Source of the DNA: a virus
IMG/VR virus record: IMGVR_UViG_3300046820_002290
Span: 27,973-91,972 of that record
DNA length: 64,000 bases
Strand: one strand, 5' to 3'
The first letter of the stretch is position 1; each line of letters begins with the position of its first letter. The notes beneath the pieces are model-generated. The model made no database searches. It was not told the DNA's origin and was given only the letters and a program-made list of their open reading frames with translations. Shown here in pieces: positions 55,874 through 64,000 of this stretch. A program made the translations under genes and the position numbers.

Positions 55874-56269
55874 GCAAACAGTCGCAAAGTCCCCGGTGGT
55901 TTGAGCTCCTCTATAATTCGTCGCCGAGACGACCTTCGCCTGCTTGAAGGTACCCAGGTTCGGGTTTCCGCCCGCGTCAAGGAACTACGCAAGCATCCAA
56001 AACGCCGCGACCTTCACTCTTTCTGCTTGGTGAATGTTTTTGTCAGCCCTGTGCCAATGGGTGAAACCATTTACCTGTCCCACATTTTTGTTCTCAAACG
56101 TCAGTTTAAGAAGATTGGTCGTGTACCTAACCTCAATGAGAGGGTCACATTTATGGCCACTGTGTATAGTTACAGAAGACTCGGAGGCAATTCCCATGAC
56201 CGTGGCCTCTACAATTCAACAGATTATGGACTACTACCCGTGAGTTATGAAGGTAACGATTGTAAATAA
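55853..56269 (+). CDS. Hypothetical basic protein (start may be TTG 55901)
   Basis: First ORF of the DNA-metabolism block; GTG 55853 lies within a putative promoter. Confidence 0.55.
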   Translation: MPPANYTANSRKVPGGLSSSIIRRRDDLRLLEGTQVRVSARVKELRKHPKRRDLHSFCLVNVFVSPVPMGETIYLSHIFVLKRQFKKIGRVPNLNERVTFMATVYSYRRLGGNSHDRGLYNSTDYGLLPVSYEGNDCK

Positions 56270-56483
56270 ATTCACGCCGCAAGGCCAAGAGTTTTACGAG
56301 TGGTGGTTGGCAGATGGGCCCGACGGCGTCGAAGAAGTTCACGGCTATGCCACCGACTTGATTACTTCCTTCTCGAAAATACTAGAATGGCATGAGCGGA
56401 TTGCCTCCGATTACGCTCAAGAAGTTATTTCAGAAATTGAAACCGCAAAACAATTTATTCAAAACGATGAAACCCACGACTGA
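56247..56483 (+). CDS. Hypothetical protein
   Basis: 78-aa ORF overlapping both neighbours. Confidence 0.55.
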   Translation: MKVTIVNKFTPQGQEFYEWWLADGPDGVEEVHGYATDLITSFSKILEWHERIASDYAQEVISEIETAKQFIQNDETHD

Positions 56484-57087
56484 AGCCTTAGCCGAATACA
56501 AAGACGCCGCCAGTAGGTGGGCTCAAGAAAGGCTTGCTGATGCCAACACCGTGATTTTGGATCTTGAGTCAACTGGACTCTTGCGAGAGGATCCCGAAAC
56601 CGAGATCGCCCAGATTTGCATTACAAACACTAAGGGGAGACAACTTTTTTCAATGCTGTTGAAACCGTGCGCACCCATGTCAGACAAAGTGATTGGGATC
56701 CACCACATCTCAAATGAGGAAATAGTAAATCAACCGATTTTCCCACAAATTGCAAAAATAATTTCTTTTGTCCTTCGGGGCAAGCATGTAGTAGCGTTTA
56801 ATCTGGAATTCGACTGGAAACTTTTAGTGCATATGTTCCAAAAGTACGATCTCCCAAAACCTGAGGTAGTGGGATTGTCTTGTGCGATGGACCGTTATTC
56901 AGAATGGTGTGGGGAATGGAATGCAAAACGTGATGGGTTTAGGTGGCAAAAACTCCCCAACTTTATTGGAGACGTTAGTCACGATGCCTACAACGATTGT
57001 AGAAACACCGTCAAAGTTATGGAAAAAATGACAGGGATGTTTGATGAGGGTAAATTGACGGCAGAGGATATAGATCTCGATTTTTAG
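56467..57087 (+). CDS. DEDDh 3'-5' exonuclease (DnaQ-like)
   Basis: ILDLESTGL, AFNLEFD, HDAYNDC motifs. Confidence 0.9.
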   Translation: MKPTTEALAEYKDAASRWAQERLADANTVILDLESTGLLREDPETEIAQICITNTKGRQLFSMLLKPCAPMSDKVIGIHHISNEEIVNQPIFPQIAKIISFVLRGKHVVAFNLEFDWKLLVHMFQKYDLPKPEVVGLSCAMDRYSEWCGEWNAKRDGFRWQKLPNFIGDVSHDAYNDCRNTVKVMEKMTGMFDEGKLTAEDIDLDF

Positions 57088-57095
57088 GTAATCCA

Positions 57096-57794
57096 ATGTT
57101 TCACACAGTCTATAATTCGTATGAGTCTAAACCGGAAGGGAGAGATTATATTGGCAAACACAGTACGGAAAACCCTTATGACCAGTATATGGGGTCGTTC
57201 TTGGATGAGAGTTTTGACCCGGACTTCAAAATTATCATGGCGTACGCAAAAACACCAGAAGGGGCTACTTGGTTTGAAATAAATTTTCACAATGTGTTTA
57301 ATGTTGGAGCAAATCCAGAATTTGCGAACCTCGCAAAAGCAGCGAAAATTAAGTTTGACAGGACGGGAGTAAAAAACTCTGCTGAAACCAAGTTAAAGAT
57401 TAAAAAATCTTGGACTGAGGAAAGAAAGCAGAGTATTAGAGAAAAAAGATCAGGCGAAAATCACCCCCTTTGGGGAACTACTCTTTCGGCAAAAACTCGA
57501 AGAAAAATGAGAGAAGCCAAGTTAGGTAAATCAAATCCAAGTGCTACTGAGAAACTTAAGGGAAGAAAACGTCCAGAGCATTCTAAGAAGATGTCTGGCG
57601 AGGGTAATCCCAAAAGCAAGAAAATAGAAGTCACCTACCCGGAAGGCAACATAGAGATTTTCCCATATGTAAAACTTGCAGCAAAAGCCCTAGGGTATGA
57701 CGCCAACACTTTGGGAAAATGGGCCTCTAAAAACTACGTACCTCGCAAGGGTAGGTTAGCTGGTTACGCCTTTCGTTACGTACAGGACTTCTGA
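57096..57794 (+). mobile_element. Free-standing GIY-YIG homing endonuclease with NUMOD3-like repeats
   Basis: MFHTVY...DYIGKHSTENPYDQYMGS (paralog of 5609); SAETKLKI, SGENHPLWG, SAKTRRKM repeats; C-terminal HTH-like AAKALG. Confidence 0.85.
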
Positions 57795-58405
57795 TGGACA
57801 CTCGGCTAACAGACGACGGTTTCTTCTGGATGCGTGACGGTGTACTTTCACCCGAGTTCTGTCAAGATCTTATCTCAAAGTTTGAAGCTTGTCCGGATAA
57901 GGGCCCAGGAAACACACTAAGTGGTTACAACTCAAACTCCAAGATTTCCACAGATCTGATGCTTTCAGGGCATCCCGACTTTCGGGAGGAGGATCAAACT
58001 TTATATCTGTCTCTGCAACTAAACAGCCGGGATTACCTCGACCAAATCGCCTATAGACCTTGGAAAGGTCCCTATGGAGACACCGGATACAACATTCAAC
58101 GCACACTGCCAGGCGAATACTTCAACTGGCACACCGATTTCTTTGCGGATCCTTGGGCTAACTTTGTCAGAGTCTATACTTTCATCTGGTACCTGACGGA
58201 TGTAACTGGTGAAGGGGGCCACACAGAGTTTGCCAATGGCTTGCGAGTGCAACCGAAGGTCGGACGCATGCTGTTCTTCCCCGCAGAGTTTAGCAACATG
58301 CACCGGGGGGTTGCCCCTGAGACCGATACCAAGTACATCGTAACGGGGTGGATGCACCAGCCGATTCATCCTCAGTTTACACCAATGCCTTCCCCACTAC
58401 AATAA
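57794..58405 (+). CDS. 2OG-Fe(II) oxygenase (prolyl-4-hydroxylase-like)
   Basis: WHTD, FIWYLTDV..GGHTEF, LFFP...HRG...KY. Confidence 0.9.
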   Translation: MDTRLTDDGFFWMRDGVLSPEFCQDLISKFEACPDKGPGNTLSGYNSNSKISTDLMLSGHPDFREEDQTLYLSLQLNSRDYLDQIAYRPWKGPYGDTGYNIQRTLPGEYFNWHTDFFADPWANFVRVYTFIWYLTDVTGEGGHTEFANGLRVQPKVGRMLFFPAEFSNMHRGVAPETDTKYIVTGWMHQPIHPQFTPMPSPLQ

Positions 58406-58425
58406 ACCGTTATTTACTACCAGCA

Positions 58426-58674
58426 ATGACCCCCGACTACGGAACCTACCGTCTGTCTTACACGCCTCCCGAAGCCGATGGGGACGAGGAGTATCCCCTC
58501 ATCGCTATCGAGATGAGCACTAGCGGTGACACAAACGTGGACCAAATGCTGCGATTCTACGAAGCTTTTCTCGCAGCCGCAGGCTATCCCATTGACGGAG
58601 AACTTCAGGTCGTTCAACGAGAAACCCGAAGCTACGACTCCCGGTTCACTACTATCAGTTCGCAGTCTTGGTGA
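58426..58674 (+). CDS. Hypothetical protein
   Basis: MTPDYGTY..., TGATG overlap with thyX. Confidence 0.55.
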   Translation: MTPDYGTYRLSYTPPEADGDEEYPLIAIEMSTSGDTNVDQMLRFYEAFLAAAGYPIDGELQVVQRETRSYDSRFTTISSQSW

Positions 58675-59459
58675 TGGAAAATAATAATTGTTGGTTCATT
58701 GAAGGTTCGAGCAAAGCGCGATTGGTCTCGGTGACTCCGGACCCGGAAGGTGTACTTGGCTACATTGCTCGTGTAACCTCAAAGGATCAAACCAATCCAA
58801 ATGTTGAACGACTCCTAAAGTACTGTGCCAAGCACGGACACTGGTCGGTGTTCGAGCAAGCGACAATGACGGTTGAGGTTGTTACCCCGCTGGCTATTGC
58901 GGTCCAACTTCTCCGTCACCGCAGCTTCTGCTTTCAGCAGTTCTCTGGCCGATACGAAGATCAGCAGGAGATGGTTAAGCACACCGCTGACTTAACTTCC
59001 TATAACAATCTCTTTTACATGCCCGAGGAGGCTCGGGTTCAAGACCCGAAGAACCGGCAGAATTCCATTCCTGCCACAGACCCTGCGTTGACAGACGCAA
59101 TGTGGGCAACAATGTCCACCTCGTATATGGTCGCTCTTCAGTGCTACAATGACTTACTCCAGCGAGGCATCGCGAAAGAAATCGCACGGTTCGTACTCCC
59201 AGAAGGCGTTTTTAGCCGTCTGTATGTTACTGGGAGTTGTCGGAGCTTTATCCACTATATTGGTGTTCGTGATGACGAGGGTGTTGCTCAGTACGAGCAC
59301 TGTGAACTCGCCCGGTGTATCAGGTCCGTCTTTGCAACGCAATTTCCAACCGTGAACGCTGCTGTTTTTAACTCTGAGCGCCCACCCGTAGAGATCGAAC
59401 TTGAAGAGGCAAAAGCAGAGATCGCTGTCCTGAAGGCCACGCTTCGAGGTAAGCTATGA
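58674..59459 (+). CDS. thyX: Flavin-dependent thymidylate synthase
   Basis: GHWSVFE, QLLRHRSFCFQQFSGRY (RHR-X7-S), EIARFVLP. Confidence 0.95.
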   Translation: MENNNCWFIEGSSKARLVSVTPDPEGVLGYIARVTSKDQTNPNVERLLKYCAKHGHWSVFEQATMTVEVVTPLAIAVQLLRHRSFCFQQFSGRYEDQQEMVKHTADLTSYNNLFYMPEEARVQDPKNRQNSIPATDPALTDAMWATMSTSYMVALQCYNDLLQRGIAKEIARFVLPEGVFSRLYVTGSCRSFIHYIGVRDDEGVAQYEHCELARCIRSVFATQFPTVNAAVFNSERPPVEIELEEAKAEIAVLKATLRGKL

Positions 59460-60073
59460 GAAAGTCAGGGGTATTCACTGACTGGCTCTATGAGTGGGAC
59501 GTTCCCGAAAATGTTCTCGAGATTTCCCTGAGTCACGCTCAGAAGGCCACCTATTACAACGGTGTAAAAAACCAAACGTCCTACCCCGAGCAGTTTTTCG
59601 GGGATGACTTTGACCCAGTTCGAGATTGGGTAGATGCCAGACTGCACGAAATTAAACTCGATCTCGATCTGGAATGCGAGTTTCTTAAGTCCACTGTCTT
59701 CTGGACCACCAAGAGTGAACGAGGCCAGTGGCATCACACTCATAAGCACGGTTTCTCAGTCGTTAGCGGTATAATCTATCTGACCCCTTCGGGCTCACAA
59801 ACTTGGTTTAGCAGAGAAAGTGTCTGGTCTCCGGATTACACTGGCATAGCCATCCACAACCAGGAAAAAAGCACGCTCTTCTTCAAACGCCAGACCGAAG
59901 TTGGCAAAGCCATCTTCTTCCCTAGCGGGGTAATGCACAGTGTCACCGAACACGACCGAACAGAACCCCGTCATACATTATCATTTAACAGCTACGTTTC
60001 CGGCCAAATCGGAAGCTACTCAGACATCCACTCTCGTCGTCTCCTCAACCTCACTGTCAATCAAAAGCAATGA
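59456..60073 (+). CDS. Putative 2OG-Fe(II) oxygenase (TIGR02466-like)
   Basis: HHTHKH.FSVVSGIIYL, FFPSGVMHSV, RHTLSFN. Confidence 0.85.
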   Translation: MRKSGVFTDWLYEWDVPENVLEISLSHAQKATYYNGVKNQTSYPEQFFGDDFDPVRDWVDARLHEIKLDLDLECEFLKSTVFWTTKSERGQWHHTHKHGFSVVSGIIYLTPSGSQTWFSRESVWSPDYTGIAIHNQEKSTLFFKRQTEVGKAIFFPSGVMHSVTEHDRTEPRHTLSFNSYVSGQIGSYSDIHSRRLLNLTVNQKQ

Positions 60074-60288
60074 TTACCGCTAATCGTCAATCCATTACCG
60101 GTCACTGGAAGATTATGGCTGATTACCCGTCAAAAGACGGGGACTACATGGTTGTTTTCCGTAGGGAGGACGGAGGCATTGGAGACCCTGACATTTGGAG
60201 TTTCCAGCGAGGGGAATGGGAACCCCTCTTCGGTTACACCCCTGACTCTGAGCCTGAGTATTGGCTCGATATTCAAATGCCCCAATGA
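60070..60288 (+). CDS. Small hypothetical protein (DUF551-like)
   Basis: W...DYP..DGDYMV...W...PEYW pattern. Confidence 0.5.
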   Translation: MITANRQSITGHWKIMADYPSKDGDYMVVFRREDGGIGDPDIWSFQRGEWEPLFGYTPDSEPEYWLDIQMPQ

Positions 60289-61253
60289 TGGAACGTCCTA
60301 AGTTTGAAAACATAATCGAGATAAATACCAATCCCAGCGCTCTCTGGGTTATTGACTACAATGTCATGGTTCACGATATATTGAACTGGTATGTCTCTAA
60401 AATCGAAGGCTCTTTCTCTAAGGAAGTTGAAGCCAAACTGGTTAAAGGTGTCTGGGCTCTTTACGTAAACCGAGGCCCTCAGTTTCTCCCTAGAAACTCC
60501 TATCGCACAATCTTAGTTGCTGACTACCGTGATCCGGAAACTTCTAATTACTGGCGCGACGAATTTATGCGCGAGTCTGAACAAGTTCAACAAGCTTGGG
60601 CTGACTATGCGGAACAGCAAGGAGTTGATAAGGACTCCTTACGGACCAACTATAAGGGAACACGTGGCGCTAAGACAGAGTCTTTCTGGTTTGTTTACAA
60701 CATCGGTAAAGACTATTGTCAAAAATTCTTCCCGTGGTACTGGCAGCTTGGGTACGAGGCTGACGACCTTTCGGGATCAATTGCTCGACTCAGTCGAACT
60801 TCTGAAAAAGATTCGGTGATCCACCGCAGACAAATCCTTCTGCACACTTGTGACAGAGATTGGGCACAACTGATTGACGATGAGAATAAAATCTACTTCT
60901 CGAACTCACGCTGGTGCCGCCCAAACGAGCGGATCCAAGAGCAACTTCAAAAGGAAGAAGGAGTCCTTGAGTGGGTCGAATACAAGATGAAAGTGAAACT
61001 CAAGCACCCCTCGGAGATGGCTGTGCACAAGTCGATCCAAGGTGACATGGGCGACAATGCCGTCAAGGGATCGCCCGTGGAGTTGTACGACCTAATTTAC
61101 CCGCACCCGAAGTGGAACATTGATGAGTTGCTCTGGACCGAGGAGTTTATTGAGTCGATGAATAATCCTGAGCCCACAACAAGGCATGACCATTACGAGC
61201 AGACTATCCGCCAATTTGCAAAAATCTCTCTAGAAGTACCAATTAGGGTATAA
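60285..61253 (+). CDS. 5'-3' exonuclease / flap endonuclease (T4 RNase H-like)
   Basis: VIDYN, YWR, YKGTR, YEADD, DRDWAQL, GDMGDN. Confidence 0.85.
   Translation: MMERPKFENIIEINTNPSALWVIDYNVMVHDILNWYVSKIEGSFSKEVEAKLVKGVWALYVNRGPQFLPRNSYRTILVADYRDPETSNYWRDEFMRESEQVQQAWADYAEQQGVDKDSLRTNYKGTRGAKTESFWFVYNIGKDYCQKFFPWYWQLGYEADDLSGSIARLSRTSEKDSVIHRRQILLHTCDRDWAQLIDDENKIYFSNSRWCRPNERIQEQLQKEEGVLEWVEYKMKVKLKHPSEMAVHKSIQGDMGDNAVKGSPVELYDLIYPHPKWNIDELLWTEEFIESMNNPEPTTRHDHYEQTIRQFAKISLEVPIRV
61246..61253 (+). promoter_or_regulatory. GGGTATAA variant late promoter
   Basis: One mismatch, contains upstream stop; precedes pseudoknot B. Confidence 0.55.
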
Positions 61254-61259
61254 CTTTAA

Positions 61260-61307
61260 GGGGTTGGTGATTTCCTCGCGAGGGTTCTCACCTCCCCAAA
61301 CCCTCGC
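61260..61307 (+). ncRNA. Putative pseudoknot/switch 5' leader RNA of endonuclease gene (copy B)
   Basis: GGTGA/TCACC (+GGGG/CCCC) interleaved with GCGAGGGTT/AACCCTCGC. Confidence 0.65.
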
Positions 61308-61317
61308 AAAGTTTAGA

Positions 61318-61869
61318 ATGAATAAAGAAGTCTCCATCGTGAAGGTGGATTTTAGACCGTACAGGAAAATAGCTCAGGAGAACTGGGGACTTACGGATGA
61401 ACAGATGCAGGGAATGCACGTTCATCACAGAATACCCGTTTCTCGCGGGGGTACAAATGATCCCAGTAATTTGTACGTCTGTAGCGCTTGGTTTCATATG
61501 GGCGTCTGGCATGCTGAAGACGGATTTAACAGCCTAATCCCTCATGCTGTGCAGGGAGGTAGGGTAGGAGGTAAGAAATCCCGTGTTGGCCCCATCTCTT
61601 ACGAAAGAAAGTTTGGAATATTTGGGCTTGACCCGGACAAAAAGAAGGAAGCAGAAGTAAAAGGCGGTAGATCCACTTTTGAACAAAAGACGGGTTGTCA
61701 TGCACCTGAATTCAAGGGAGTAGGAGCCAGAAAAACCAATTCAACCTACTGGGAAGATCCGGATCACCCTGAGCTTGGTATATTGCAGGCCGGTCCGTTA
61801 GCTCGAAGACAAAAGGCGCGGGGCTTACCGCACGGCAAGGAGAACCGCAGAAGAGTAAAGAGCGATTAG
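61318..61869 (+). mobile_element. Free-standing HNH homing endonuclease
   Basis: HVHHRIPVSRGGTNDPSNLYVC..FH...WH; C-term DPDHPELG module shared with 5609. Confidence 0.85.
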
Positions 61870-61876
61870 AAACACA

Positions 61877-61884
61877 GGGTAAAA
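61877..61884 (+). promoter_or_regulatory. GGGTAAAA putative late promoter
   Basis: Exact motif, 30 nt before start. Confidence 0.7.
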
Positions 61885-61906
61885 CCAATCAGACTAAGGT
61901 TCAAAT

Positions 61907-62563
61907 GTGGACGCAGCGTACCAGGCAAAATATCTCGGCATGGCTCGCCTCCTTTGGCAGGCAAGCGAGGGGGATCCTTCTCGGATCCCTGCGGATTATG
62001 CTGGGTATCTTGACCATGTTTACAATGATGGGGATATCTCTCTGGTTGGTTGCCTCCCTTTAGTGGAGGATTATTCTGAGCTCGAAGATTTTGAAATTGA
62101 CGAAGCTATCGAAATGCTGGGCAAGGTCAATCCAGGTGACTGGCCTGACGTAGGAGACATTGAAGGAGTTTCCATGGAGGAGCTCCTTCATGTTTATGAT
62201 GAAGATGCCTCTGAGTTTGACTTCGTAGAAGACAACTTGGGGACAGCTGAAAAAGTAGAGCAGGTTCTTAGCAAGGTTATATCGAGTGTGTTCGGCGACA
62301 AGGTCTCAACAATACGTAGTGAAAAAGGCTATTTCGCCAGCCCTAAGAACAACTTCTTGCAGGAAGACGACGGCACCTTTGCGGGAACCTTCATGCACGA
62401 TGGGAATAAATTTGTGTTCGAGATAGCCCCAGCTGAAGATGGCTGGATTTGCACATACCGAATGCACTGGAATGACTTAGATAAACTACCCCCGCTTCAT
62501 GACGAAGACGATAGTAATAAGAATGACTACACGAGACGTGTTCGCCATCGTGGCTGGAAATAG
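61907..62563 (+). CDS. Hypothetical acidic protein
   Basis: 218-aa ORF 30 nt after GGGTAAAA. Confidence 0.6.
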   Translation: MDAAYQAKYLGMARLLWQASEGDPSRIPADYAGYLDHVYNDGDISLVGCLPLVEDYSELEDFEIDEAIEMLGKVNPGDWPDVGDIEGVSMEELLHVYDEDASEFDFVEDNLGTAEKVEQVLSKVISSVFGDKVSTIRSEKGYFASPKNNFLQEDDGTFAGTFMHDGNKFVFEIAPAEDGWICTYRMHWNDLDKLPPLHDEDDSNKNDYTRRVRHRGWK

Positions 62564-62573
62564 GAGGTAGCAT

Positions 62574-64000
62574 ATGGCATCCCAAGGCGGCGTATTAGCC
62601 ACGGTAGGCATCACCCCTTCCTTCATCACGCAGTTGGCCACGCAAACGGCATCAAACGGCGTCCCCCAAGCACTTGGCCAAGTCTGGCAAGGATCTGGCC
62701 AGTCGTTTTTTGGGTCTGCGGGCCAGGCACTTGGTGGCGCACTCGCAGGGTCCGCAGTTAACATTGCTTTGAATTCAGCGCTAGGGACGAATGTTGTTGG
62801 CCCTCAGGGTTTGAGTTTGACCTCCGGTGCTAACATTTTAGCGTCGACCATCACCCCCTATGTGACAGGAGCCGTTGCGGCCGGGATAAACCAAAGTATT
62901 AATAACAGTTTGAAGTCAGCAGGGCCTTTCGGCCCGATTCTGTCTAACATTGGCACTTCCTTAGTCAACCAGACATTTAACGGAATCACAAATGCCATTA
63001 CGGGGGCCACCACTCCCGGCACCGGCAATGCGACTAACTATAAGATGTTCCCCGGGGCAGACGGCATTGGAGAAGTTCCGGCGGTTTATAATGATGGGGG
63101 AGCTTACACCTTAACGGATATTGTCTTCTCTCTGCAACCTGCCAACCAGGGGCCACAAGCATTCGGGGACAGTCAAGCAGCTAATGACCCCAAAACTGCT
63201 ACAACCGCAGCCGTCACGCAAGTGGCAGGGGATTCAGGGTCCGTGACATCTTCCGCCGGAGCCACCGCTAATGCCGCTAAAGCCGAAAAAATGGCGCAAG
63301 GAACCTCGGGGACTACGGACTACGATAGAGCGATTCTTCGTTTCATGTCAAAAGGTACTCCCACCTCTGAGGCGGAAATTGCCAAACTCAATACTGAAGA
63401 ACTTACCGCTCTTAATGATACTCTAAACGCTACGGACGGCCAAGGTCTAGAGCCTCTACCCGCAGCGGGTTATTTTGGGTCTTGGTCCTTCATCACCGCA
63501 CCTGAGAACATTGAATGGGATGTGGCAAACGCCTCCAACCGTGTGGATATATTTGGAACCAATAATCCGCCGGTGGTTGCAGGCACAAAGGGCATGCGCG
63601 ATTTAACTCTGGGCAATGCTTTAGTGGAGGGTTTTGTCCGTGGGGTTTCTCTGGAAGGAAAAATTGCGGCTCTTGAAAAGCTGATGAATTACAAGCTTAA
63701 TTCTTCAGACGGGTTCGTGTCAGTTCCTGTTTACCAAGTTTGGGCAAGTGAGAAAAGTTATGGCGGGTCCGAAGCTTATTACATAATTAAAGACGTGAAA
63801 ATCAAGGAGACAATGCGCGACCTGAAAGGAAATGCAACTCGCGCGTATGTCGACATATCTCTAACGCAAGTTCCGGCATACCAAGTTAACTCCGGGAGAG
63901 ATCAAGCCAGTGCAACCACTGCAGGCGCTAAGTCGGGTTTGCTGGCCAAAGTTAAAGAACAAGCTGGGACAACAGCGACTTCAGGTGCCACGTCCAACGC
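62574..64000 (+). CDS. Tail protein with GpU/tube-initiator-like domain, 3'-truncated; not in ORF track
   Basis: Manual translation MASQGGVLATVG... is open to the window end; AGGAGG upstream; WSFITAPENIEW...IKDVKIKETMRDLKGNATRAYVDISL resembles GpU-like proteins. Confidence 0.6.
   Translation, partial: MASQGGVLATVGITPSFITQLATQTASNGVPQALGQVWQGSGQSFFGSAGQALGGALAGSAVNIALNSALGTNVVGPQGLSLTSGANILASTITPYVTGAVAAGINQSINNSLKSAGPFGPILSNIGTSLVNQTFNGITNAITGATTPGTGNATNYKMFPGADGIGEVPAVYNDGGAYTLTDIVFSLQPANQGPQAFGDSQAANDPKTATTAAVTQVAGDSGSVTSSAGATANAAKAEKMAQGTSGTTDYDRAILRFMSKGTPTSEAEIAKLNTEELTALNDTLNATDGQGLEPLPAAGYFGSWSFITAPENIEWDVANASNRVDIFGTNNPPVVAGTKGMRDLTLGNALVEGFVRGVSLEGKIAALEKLMNYKLNSSDGFVSVPVYQVWASEKSYGGSEAYYIIKDVKIKETMRDLKGNATRAYVDISLTQVPAYQVNSGRDQASATTAGAKSGLLAKVKEQAGTTATSGATSN

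Noticed and set aside
2253-61884. GGGTAAAA as a ribosomal slippery site or as antisense sigma70 -35 boxes
   Set aside because: Most copies lie after the stop codon and several after terminators; the two copies checked (2253, 4457) have no -10 box at the right spacing on the minus strand.
1-64000. Alternative genetic code (stop-codon reassignment)
   Set aside because: Long genes are intact in code 11, and TAA, TAG and TGA all end genes at sensible boundaries.

Overview
This 64-kb window is part of the genome of a large tailed dsDNA phage, most likely a contractile-tailed phage of an aquatic host. Cyanobacteria are suggested by cyanomyovirus-like fibre and head proteins, PhoH and two 2OG-Fe(II) oxygenases, but the host is an inference. 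Nearly all genes are on the + strand. Order: tail/baseplate and neck genes (gpV/gp5-like spike, Mu gp36- and gp37-like proteins), terminase, PhoH, a cluster of small putative head-associated proteins, a ~33-kb array of paralogous fibre/adhesin genes (22.2-55.0 kb; one fibre ends in a GH18 glycoside hydrolase, two in S74 chaperones), a nucleotide/DNA-metabolism block (DEDDh exonuclease, ThyX, 5'-3' nuclease), and a truncated tail gene. Five free-standing homing endonuclease genes (3 GIY-YIG, 2 HNH) are interspersed and share swapped modules. Four non-coding signals were read directly from the sequence. (1) The octamer GGGTAAAA (21 exact copies counted by eye, plus variants) lies 30-75 nt upstream of structural genes and is probably a phage late promoter. 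(2) A ~50-nt covarying pseudoknot-like leader sits at identical spacing between that motif and the ATG of two unrelated endonucleases (44694-44746, 61260-61307). (3) REPIN/MITE-like inverted-repeat elements built from strand-oriented GC-GNA-GC DNA mini-hairpins lie at the borders of adhesin+chaperone cassettes (50391-50548, 53700-53903). (4) A second, sigma70/T4-early-like promoter class, TTTACC-N15/16-TAnAnT, occurs four times. All protein family calls come from motif recognition by eye; no database searches were run.
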